Assembly: GCA_963732435.1 (NCBI GenBank)
Contig: CAVSZL010000006.1
Location: forward strand, 402,579 to 466,578
DNA: 64,000 bases
Direction of reading: 5' to 3'
Source of the DNA: an uncultured Bacteroidales bacterium
Lineage (GTDB): Bacteria > Bacteroidota > Bacteroidia > Bacteroidales > VadinHA17
Part shown: piece after piece, positions 56,812 through 64,000 of the stretch
Layout: the number at the start of each line of letters is the position of its first letter
Position numbering within the stretch: the stretch's first letter is position 1
The notes under the pieces: model-generated
Database searches by the model: none
What the model saw: the letters and a program-made list of their open reading frames with translations, nothing else
What the model was told of the DNA's origin: nothing
Position numbers and translations under genes: made by a program

Positions 56812-57834
56812 TTAATAGTTATTTATATTGAAACTGACCTTTAACATCTGCTCATGATAAACCTTACTCTCCATAAAATGCAATGAATAGGTAAATCTGG
56901 TACTCACAATTTTGTTCTTAATGAAGTTCACATATAAATCGGCTCTGTTGTAAGCTCCTGCCCTGTATACAGGATCTCCCCAATAGAGATCATTTCCATG
57001 ATCATTATAAAAATCCATTTGTCCATCACCGTTATAGAAACTGTTAAAAATGCCAATGAATTTATACTCTATTGTTGTTTCTATCAGTATACCATTATGG
57101 ACAACCCACCCGGTCTGATCGGCCCTCGAACGATCGAGACCAACAGCCCAACCTGCATTTACATCAAGCCTGGTTAATGCCGTTTTACCGGAAAGATCAA
57201 TCCCTAATGATGTGAGAAGCAATCCATTATCATGGTATGGTTCATCTACTGTTGGGTCCGAGTATCCTGCAAAATGGTACATATATGCAAAGTGCTGAAA
57301 ATACAGAATCCCGGGATTGTATCTACCAGATAATCCCATGAAAAATGTTTCGCGGGTGGTTGTTGACATCCTCCCGGTCCAGTCAAGCCACAAATTAATA
57401 TAATCCTTGTCTTTGCGAAACTCCCAGAATACTCCATTTATATTTGGTCTGTAATATGATATTGAATCCTGGAAAAATAATCGCGGGTAATTATCAATTG
57501 TTGTCTTTCGGGGGAAAGCACCCATAAGGAATCTGAAAGGTTTCCTGTCGTAGCTGTAATAAGCTGTAGGGTAGAAAAAATCTATTACTTCGGAACTTCC
57601 AAACTCATAAAGCAAATCAAATCCGACATTCACACTGTGTGTCGATTCCCACGACAAACCCACCTCAGGCAAAAAATGTACTCCTGACATAGTTTGTGGA
57701 ATTTTAACAGCTGATTGTCCGAATTCGGTGTTATCAAAAAATGAGAATAATCCTACCTGCCATCTTTTTTCCTGAGAGAAGCAATCAGTTGAAACAATAA
57801 GCGCTATAAACAACAAGCATAACGATAATCTCAT
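56812..57834 (-). CDS. Secreted protein of unknown function, probable outer-membrane beta-barrel
   Basis: Signal peptide 'MRLSLCLLFIALIVSTDCFS|QEK'. Aromatic-rich alternating pattern ending in Tyr. The internal ATG at 57834 is preferred to 57858. Confidence 0.4.
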   Translation of the reverse strand: MRLSLCLLFIALIVSTDCFSQEKRWQVGLFSFFDNTEFGQSAVKIPQTMSGVHFLPEVGLSWESTHSVNVGFDLLYEFGSSEVIDFFYPTAYYSYDRKPFRFLMGAFPRKTTIDNYPRLFFQDSISYYRPNINGVFWEFRKDKDYINLWLDWTGRMSTTTRETFFMGLSGRYNPGILYFQHFAYMYHFAGYSDPTVDEPYHDNGLLLTSLGIDLSGKTALTRLDVNAGWAVGLDRSRADQTGWVVHNGILIETTIEYKFIGIFNSFYNGDGQMDFYNDHGNDLYWGDPVYRAGAYNRADLYVNFIKNKIVSTRFTYSLHFMESKVYHEQMLKVSFNINNY

Positions 57835-58114
57835 AAGGCAGAATTCACAGACTTGCAAAATTAAAATAATAATAATGATTAGAAAGTAACCTTTCTAAAA
57901 TGTTCAATATGCGGAAATCACTATTAAGATACTAATGCCAGGAAACGGGGAAATGAATACGACATACCCGGAGAAGTTCTTTGAACAAATGTAAATGCAT
58001 GGATGCAGGAAGTTGATTTTTAAAAGAGCTGAAAGGGTATCTAAAAACTGATTAAACAGGTAATTTGCAATTCTGGGACAGAAAATCACTCTGCCAGAAG
58101 TAAGAGAATGGGTT

Positions 58115-59464
58115 TTACTGAATATTAATGATCCTGTGATCTATCAGAATAAAGAGTATTGCGATTATAAGCGAGTAGATGGCATATATCCTCAATGGGA
58201 TATAATCTGAAGGTTTAATTTTCATTCTGAACCATAAGTATCCAACCAAAAACATCTTACTGACACAATAAACAATAAAAGTTGATACAGCGACGCCAAC
58301 AATCCCATAACCCCATTTTATCATCATCAGGCTTAATGGTATATTCAACCCGAGTTCAATAAGTGCCGCGAAAAGTGTAATATGGGTTTTCTTTCTTCCA
58401 ACTATAATTGTCTGTGGAAAGACAAGTCTGGGAATTATCAGCAGTGAATAAACCAGAAAAATACCAGCGCTCTTATGGAACTCCGGATTGAACATTCTTG
58501 GATATATCCATCTGCTAATAAGCATCATAACCATCGCTGCCGGAAAAAGGAAATGCATAAGTTTTTGAGATTTTTCCTTTATCTTGGCAAGGGATTCTCT
58601 CATCCTCTCACGTGTTGAAAACTCAGGTAGCATTGCATTGTTCAGTCCGTTTGCAAGCATCAGGACAAGAGGAAATTCCTTGGCCCCGTAACGAAACCAT
58701 GCAAAAATTGCAGGGTCCTTGTAAACTGATGATATAATAACACCATCAGCATATTGAGCTGATCCGCTTATGAGGGAAGTTATGATGAGAGGGGCACCCA
58801 GATAAAGATGTTCCTTCATGAACTCAACTGATATCTTCATTTCGGTATACCTTCTGAGCAATATAATAAGCCAGATCCATCTGATCCCGGTAATACCCAG
58901 TAAACCCCAGATAGACCAGATAATATCCTTTCCCATCAAAATAGGTATAATAATAAGAAGGAGCTGTGCAGTGAAGGTATAAAGCCCATACTGAAAGATC
59001 CTGTAAGACCTGTTGTTCAGCAGATAAATATATTCGATAAGGCATACCGGACTGCTTAGCAGGATATACAGTAGAAGAAGATTCAGGTATGGTACATTAC
59101 CCGTAATATTAAATACCGAAAAATTATCTTTCAGAGAATGCCCTATTATAAAAAAAAGCAGGCTGAAAAAACACAATAACAGGAAGGCATTAAATATCTC
59201 CGGCGTTTTAGCTGGGGCACTTTCTCCAACTTTATTATAAGTTTTGTTCCTGTGGTAAAGAGGAAGAAGAGACTGAACAATTCCTGTTACCCAGAAAAAG
59301 GTCATCACGCTTGCAATAAACATAAACATCTCCCACTGCCCTATTTCGGCACGTGTAAGATGGCTTTTCGTAAAAACGATGCTGACAATCAGAAAGATCA
59401 CGGGCTTCATCAACTGGAAAAGCTGTAGCCCTGAAATATTATCGATTAATTTTATTCTTTTCAA
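58115..59464 (-). CDS. MOP-superfamily (Wzx-like) oligosaccharide/polysaccharide flippase
   Basis: 449 aa, about 12-14 TM, with the general architecture of polysaccharide biosynthesis flippases. Confidence 0.6.
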   Translation of the reverse strand: MKRIKLIDNISGLQLFQLMKPVIFLIVSIVFTKSHLTRAEIGQWEMFMFIASVMTFFWVTGIVQSLLPLYHRNKTYNKVGESAPAKTPEIFNAFLLLCFFSLLFFIIGHSLKDNFSVFNITGNVPYLNLLLLYILLSSPVCLIEYIYLLNNRSYRIFQYGLYTFTAQLLLIIIPILMGKDIIWSIWGLLGITGIRWIWLIILLRRYTEMKISVEFMKEHLYLGAPLIITSLISGSAQYADGVIISSVYKDPAIFAWFRYGAKEFPLVLMLANGLNNAMLPEFSTRERMRESLAKIKEKSQKLMHFLFPAAMVMMLISRWIYPRMFNPEFHKSAGIFLVYSLLIIPRLVFPQTIIVGRKKTHITLFAALIELGLNIPLSLMMIKWGYGIVGVAVSTFIVYCVSKMFLVGYLWFRMKIKPSDYIPLRIYAIYSLIIAILFILIDHRIINIQ

Positions 59465-59551
59465 ATCTTCCTGTTAATGTTCAGATACCTTGTGATAACA
59501 ATGATTATAATGATAAATTGTGTCACAAGCAGCACTTTCTTATTAAGTGAC

Positions 59552-59559
59552 CAAAGATA
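59552..59559 (-). promoter_or_regulatory. Candidate -7 box TATCTTTG, 87 nt before the flippase ATG
   Basis: Exact TAnnTTTG match on the minus strand in the intergenic region. Confidence 0.35.
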
Positions 59560-59637
59560 GTGATTGGAAGTTGAAGAGAAAATAAAATATAAATTTTGTG
59601 AAATAGAATTTTTGAACTTATTTTGCACTCCAGAAAC

Positions 59638-59712
59638 GGTGGATGTAGTTCAGTCGGTTAGAACGTCGGATTGTGGTTCCGAAGGTCGTGGGTTCGAGCC
59701 CCATCTTCCACC
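59638..59712 (+). tRNA. tRNA-His (anticodon GTG) with genome-encoded G-1
   Basis: Hand-folded cloverleaf. G-1 is opposite discriminator C73. D stem GTTC/GAAC. Anticodon stem TCGGA/TCCGA with loop TTGTGGT. T arm GTGGG-TTCGAGC-CCCAT. One U-U mismatch at 6:67. No encoded CCA. Confidence 0.9.
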
Positions 59713-59714
59713 CG

Positions 59715-59744
59715 AAAAAGCCGGTCCGGAGGGATCGGCTTTTT
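59715..59744. terminator. Intrinsic terminator after tRNA-His; it overlaps the rhodanese gene stop and may act bidirectionally
   Basis: 9-bp stem AGCCGGTCC / GGATCGGCT (one G-U pair), GGAG loop, then TTTT. An A-tract lies on the other side. Confidence 0.75.
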
Positions 59745-60159
59745 AGTTGTGGCAGTTACAGGTTGGTCCGCATGCCATTGATTCCTGGTACTCCTCTTTG
59801 GTCAAAGCACTTTCTGTTTCATTCCCCTCAAGTTTCCAGGATTCGATACCACCAATAAGTTCCTTTACCTTAAAATTCAATTCGGAAAGTTTATATGCCC
59901 CTTTTGTTGAAGCATTACATCCTAAACCGTCGCAATAAGTAACATAGATTTTACTCCTGTCAAGATGTTTAACACGTTCTTCATTCATTAACACGTGAGG
60001 CAAACTGATTGCACCCTCTATATGCTCCTGTCTGAAGGCTCTCTCAGAACGCGCATCAACTATCTGATAAATGTTTTCATTCCTGTCAATAGAATTTTTC
60101 AGATCGCATGCATCGATCTCATATTTTAGTTTTGCTCCAAAAAAATCAATCTGATTCAT
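59743..60159 (-). CDS. Rhodanese-domain sulfurtransferase with a Cys-rich C-terminal tail
   Basis: Active-site loop 'YCDGLGCNAST' and 'LIGGIESWKLEG'. The tail reads 'MACGPTCNCHN'. Confidence 0.7.
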   Translation of the reverse strand: MNQIDFFGAKLKYEIDACDLKNSIDRNENIYQIVDARSERAFRQEHIEGAISLPHVLMNEERVKHLDRSKIYVTYCDGLGCNASTKGAYKLSELNFKVKELIGGIESWKLEGNETESALTKEEYQESMACGPTCNCHN

Positions 60160-60388
60160 TTTTGTATGGTTTTAGTTTAATCTTTTGATATCTGAAACAA
60201 CACATATGATACGAATTTGTTCTTAAATCTGTCAAAAATATTCCCTGTATATATGCAATGCCTTAAAGAATTCAGGAAAATAAAATCCTGTTTTCTGAAA
60301 AATTTAGTACAAATGCAATTGAATTGCGAACAATAATAAATACCCCATTGTTTCTCCTTAAGAAAGATCTCTATAAAACTCCTCTGTT

Positions 60389-61225
60389 ATGAAAGAAAAA
60401 AAACTTCTGGAACTGGAAAATATTCTGCGGGATATGAAAAGTGTGCTGGTTGCCTATTCGGGAGGTATGGACAGTAGCTTCCTGCTTAAAGTGGCAAAAG
60501 ATGTTCTGAACGATAATGTACTGGCTGTGACTGCTGATTCGGAAATTTACAGTTCAGTTGAAACAGAAAGTGCCAGGAAATTCGCTTCCGGAATAGGTGT
60601 AAGACATATGGTTGTAAAAACAAATGAACTAAATAATAAGGATTTCGTTAAGAATTCACCAGACAGATGTTTCCATTGCAAATTGTCTTTATATGGTGAA
60701 TTCATCAAGATAGCTGATTCTCAGAATATCAGTCAGGTTGTAGATGGAATCAATTTTGATGATAAGCAGGATTTCAGGCCGGGGATGAGTGCTGCTACCA
60801 AACTAAAAATAAGGAGTCCTTTGCTGGAAGCAGGATTAACAAAAGAAGAAATAAGTAAATATTCCAAAGAAATGAATCTGCCAACCTGGAATAAGATGCC
60901 CAATCCCTGTCTTTCCACCAGATTCCCTTATGGTACGGCATTTACTATAGAGAATTTAAGCAAAGTTGAACAGGCGGAAATACAGCTTGCAAAATATCGC
61001 TTTAAACAATTCAGGTTAAGGATCCATGATAATATAGCCCGGCTTGAAATCCTGCCCGAGGATATGGACATTGCCTTCAGAGAGGAAAACAGGCTGGAAA
61101 TTGTGAATATGTTAAAGAAGTTTGGATATAGCTATGTTACAATTGACCTTGAAGGTTACAGAACAGGCAGTATGAATGAAAAGTTCCGGGTAAGAAAACT
61201 CTCATCCGATAATGTACAGACATAA
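60389..61225 (+). CDS. larE: PP-loop ATP pyrophosphatase, LarE-like sulfur transferase (three-Cys class)
   Basis: PP-loop 'VAYSGGMDSS', and 'RCFHCK' plus 'NPCLSTRFPYG' cysteines. 278 aa. Confidence 0.65.
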   Translation: MKEKKLLELENILRDMKSVLVAYSGGMDSSFLLKVAKDVLNDNVLAVTADSEIYSSVETESARKFASGIGVRHMVVKTNELNNKDFVKNSPDRCFHCKLSLYGEFIKIADSQNISQVVDGINFDDKQDFRPGMSAATKLKIRSPLLEAGLTKEEISKYSKEMNLPTWNKMPNPCLSTRFPYGTAFTIENLSKVEQAEIQLAKYRFKQFRLRIHDNIARLEILPEDMDIAFREENRLEIVNMLKKFGYSYVTIDLEGYRTGSMNEKFRVRKLSSDNVQT

Positions 61226-61345
61226 AAGTTTATCAGTTAATTAAGGTTTCCCGGGAAGAATGGAAAACTTAAACAATTCGAAAAAATACTTTTCCCAATC
61301 CGGCATCACTATCTCATTTTAGCCATACTGTCAGAGGCTTTTAGC

Positions 61346-64000
61346 CTATGAAGTTTTAAACCTGTTATATCTTGAATAAGCGATAAAAGAGAGGGCTGTC
61401 AGGACAATTACAGCAACATAGACAAAAACGGGGACCGGCACCGGATCACCACCTGCATATGAATGCAAACCCGACAGGTAATAATTGACCCCAAAATATG
61501 TCATCAGTACCGAAGAGAATGCAAAGAGAGAGATAAGGTTAAATGTGAAAATATCTTTCATACCCGGAATCATCCTGCTATGAGTAACTATTGAGTAGAT
61601 AATAATTGTTATAAGGGACCAGGTCTCTTTTGGATCCCATCCCCAGTACCTGCCCCATGACTCATTTGCCCAGACTGCACCAAGGAAAGTGCCAATAGTA
61701 AGAAGATACAGGCCGAGAGTAATTGATTTAAAGTTAATTACTGAAAGTTCATCTATAGTTCTGGAAACTTGTTCACGGTTCTTGTCGCCCGACAATGTCA
61801 GTAATATTAAATTAATAAGTCCGAGAATTGCTCCCAACCCCAGAAATCCGTAACTTCCGGTAATCACAGAAACATGCAGAGTAAGCCAGTATGATTTCAG
61901 CACGGGCACAAGATTGGTGATTTCAGGATCCATGAAACTGAGGTGAGCTACCATCAGTGTCATTGAAGCCAGCACACCTGTTGCTGACAAAGCAAAGGCA
62001 GATTTCCTGCTGAAGATAAATCCGGCAAGGAGTGTTACCCATGAGATAAATATCATTGATTCATATCCGTTACTCATTGGGGAATGTCCGGAAATATACC
62101 ATCTCATTCCAAGTCCGAGTGTATGAAACATGAAGCCGGCAAATATAAGCCATCCGGATATTATGACAACTGGTGACTTCACTTTTTTTCCTCTGATAAC
62201 CATGATTATCAGACTAATAAGCATTATTAAACCGATTGTGGCATAAAACGGGAACAGACGTTCAAAAACTCTTAGCTTATAATATAATAACTCAATTTTA
62301 GTTCTTGATTCTGAAGGTAAATCATACTTTGAAAAAGTGGTCTGATACTCCTTAATTATCTGGCATACCTGTTTGGTTGAAGCCATATTTCCCTCATGCA
62401 GTGCCTCAGTGAGAACAGGAATTATTCCCTTAAGGTATAAAGAATCTTCCTTGCTAAAAGCTCTTTGCAAGGCTATTTCGGATGATCCCCAGTCATTTGT
62501 TCCGTCTTTCAATGGAAAAAGTTTCAGAAAATCTCCTTTGTAGATCATATATACAATATTCAGTCTCTCATCCACTTTCATTATCTCCTTATCAAGTTTG
62601 TTTCTATCACCCGGTGATTTAGCATAGGCTTCATTAACCTCACCACTCAGTTTATAAGAACCATCTCCTGACAGATCAACCAGATCGGAGAATGCGGCAT
62701 ATTTACCACTCACACCCAGTCTGGATCTTAGTTCTGTATTTGAAACCATTATGATCGGATAATCTTTCCAGTTATTAAAATCCAGGTAGATTCCCAGAAA
62801 AACCTGCATAGATGAGAAGCCTTCAAATTCATTCTCCCTTGTAACCTTTCTGAGAATATCGCTACTAAGGGTATATAGTGGTTCTGTCCTCCCCTTCTGA
62901 TCCTGAACCAGCACCTTACCAAACTCTTCAGCAACACCTTTGTCTATAATAAGTTTCTGTGCGCTTATATTTGAAAATCCTGAAAGAGAGAACAAGAGTA
63001 AAATAACAGGTATTGTTTTTCTTAATCTTGACTTCCAGTAACCGGCATTAATATTGTGAAAAACAGCTTCTTTACTTATAAGGGCAAATATTATGAAAAT
63101 AATAAGAATTGCATAACCCGAATAAGTTACAAGCATGCCTGCCATATCGTGATTAACTGAAAGGATTGTACCTTTTTCATCCATATCGTAGGAAGACTGA
63201 TAAAAGCGATATCCTTCATATTTGAGAACATTATTCATAAAGATCATAAACGGTTTTGAAATATTTTTGCCCTTATCAATAAGGATTACATCGCTTTTAT
63301 AACCTGAAGGACTATTTGATCCCGGATATCTTTCCAGTACAAAATCTTTAAGCATTAGAGAAAAAGGGAGTATAGTTTCCTTTGAGCCATAGGTGATCTC
63401 CACAGTGTTATCATTAACAACGCACGAGCCCCTGGCAACTTCCTCAGCAACATTGTCCCATAAATAAATTGTTTCAGTTCCTTTTTCTCCTTTAAGATCA
63501 AAAATAAAAGCATTCTCTCCAGTTCTTGTTTCAGCAGGATTGACGGCAACAGCTTTAACAATGCCTTTTTCCAACATCTCTTTTGGAACGATTTTTATAT
63601 CTCCGAACGTAACAATCTGCATCTTCTTTATTTCTGCAGAATCACCCGGTTCAACCAATGTAACTTCCTGTGTATTCATATTCTGCACACCAAGTGCCGA
63701 ATCAGAAGCCATATAGAAAATACCTGAATCAAATGATATTCTGACATCAGCTTTTCCTGAAGTAAGGAAGCCAATTGATATTCCATTTGAAGTTACTATA
63801 TCACCTGCATTCAGAATAATACTTTCCTGGGTCATCATGTCCCTGGTTAATAACAGGGAAATAACCGGAGCACCATTTGTATTCTCTGAAATATCTCTTT
63901 CAGCATTCTGGATAATTTTGGAAAGTACCAATTCATAATCACTGTTATCTATTGTGATTTTCTCACTGAAATCATCAGCAGAAACAGCTGTCATTGAATA
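61346..64000 (-). CDS. ccsBA: Cytochrome c biogenesis protein CcsBA (ResB-like plus CcsA fusion); N-terminus probably beyond the window edge
   Basis: WWD heme-handling motif 'WGRYWGWDPKETWSL' in the C-terminal polytopic part, and a large periplasmic N-terminal part. The frame stays open to nt 64000. Confidence 0.8.
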   Translation of the reverse strand, partial: YSMTAVSADDFSEKITIDNSDYELVLSKIIQNAERDISENTNGAPVISLLLTRDMMTQESIILNAGDIVTSNGISIGFLTSGKADVRISFDSGIFYMASDSALGVQNMNTQEVTLVEPGDSAEIKKMQIVTFGDIKIVPKEMLEKGIVKAVAVNPAETRTGENAFIFDLKGEKGTETIYLWDNVAEEVARGSCVVNDNTVEITYGSKETILPFSLMLKDFVLERYPGSNSPSGYKSDVILIDKGKNISKPFMIFMNNVLKYEGYRFYQSSYDMDEKGTILSVNHDMAGMLVTYSGYAILIIFIIFALISKEAVFHNINAGYWKSRLRKTIPVILLLFSLSGFSNISAQKLIIDKGVAEEFGKVLVQDQKGRTEPLYTLSSDILRKVTRENEFEGFSSMQVFLGIYLDFNNWKDYPIIMVSNTELRSRLGVSGKYAAFSDLVDLSGDGSYKLSGEVNEAYAKSPGDRNKLDKEIMKVDERLNIVYMIYKGDFLKLFPLKDGTNDWGSSEIALQRAFSKEDSLYLKGIIPVLTEALHEGNMASTKQVCQIIKEYQTTFSKYDLPSESRTKIELLYYKLRVFERLFPFYATIGLIMLISLIIMVIRGKKVKSPVVIISGWLIFAGFMFHTLGLGMRWYISGHSPMSNGYESMIFISWVTLLAGFIFSRKSAFALSATGVLASMTLMVAHLSFMDPEITNLVPVLKSYWLTLHVSVITGSYGFLGLGAILGLINLILLTLSGDKNREQVSRTIDELSVINFKSITLGLYLLTIGTFLGAVWANESWGRYWGWDPKETWSLITIIIYSIVTHSRMIPGMKDIFTFNLISLFAFSSVLMTYFGVNYYLSGLHSYAGGDPVPVPVFVYVAVIVLTALSFIAYSRYNRFKTS

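Noticed and set aside
57904-58089. 61-aa ORF in the 256-nt gap between the flippase and the barrel-like gene.
   Set aside because: It has no start context and a hydrophobic, low-complexity composition typical of AT-rich noise. I have no evidence for conservation. The gap more likely holds an internal promoter.
59564-59858. Two roughly 60-aa ORFs overlapping tRNA-His and its terminator.
   Set aside because: They span a well-folded tRNA gene and a terminator hairpin, so they are spurious.
1-64000. Mobile elements, prophage, defence islands, toxin-antitoxin pairs and rRNA operons.
   Set aside because: I recognised no transposase, integrase, recombinase, restriction-modification, Cas, Abi or toxin-like protein in the ORF track. 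Apart from the 2121..2256 element, there are no long terminal repeats. Gene content is core housekeeping throughout.

Overview
AT-rich, gene-dense chromosomal segment, most likely from an anaerobic or microaerotolerant Bacteroidota bacterium. Lineage markers seen in the sequence are DUF4290-murA, parA-parB-DUF5683-mltD, DUF4492-cydAB, TAnnTTTG -7 boxes, almost no Shine-Dalgarno sequences, and Gln at +1 of several signal-peptidase-I sites next to a glutaminyl cyclase gene. I support about 57 CDS and one tRNA-His(GUG). I saw no rRNA, CRISPR array, transposase, integrase or phage genes, so this is core genome rather than an island. Content is mainly housekeeping: lipid metabolism (thioesterase, fadD, pssA, psd, cdsA, lipid kinase), proteostasis (grpE-dnaJ, hsp20, ftsH, lon), two tandem Kup K+ transporters, murA, parAB, cytochrome bd, a flavodiiron protein, pyrE, coaD, birA, rpmE2 and CcsBA (truncated at the window edge). 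The most interesting observations follow. (1) Canonical sigma-54 -24/-12 promoters lie upstream of rsfS-ftsH and lon-coaD. Weaker look-alikes lie upstream of grpE-dnaJ and hsp20, and the window also encodes a sigma-54 activator that lacks a DNA-binding domain and has a variant GAFTGA loop. (2) An 8-kb envelope-glycan cluster contains two GT-C/GT39 paralogs, GtrA, a Wzx-like flippase, an Omp85 protein and a second beta-barrel, but no polyprenyl-phosphate glycosyltransferase. (3) A 999-aa SGNH-MBOAT fusion sits next to an MltD-like lytic transglycosylase. (4) An orphan HydF follows an aspartase-like lyase. (5) A fadD / GNAT-like / CrtI-like operon has a GNAT-like paralog 45 kb away. (6) Several structured or periodic intergenic repeats are present. 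All functional calls come from motif recognition by eye; no database search was run.
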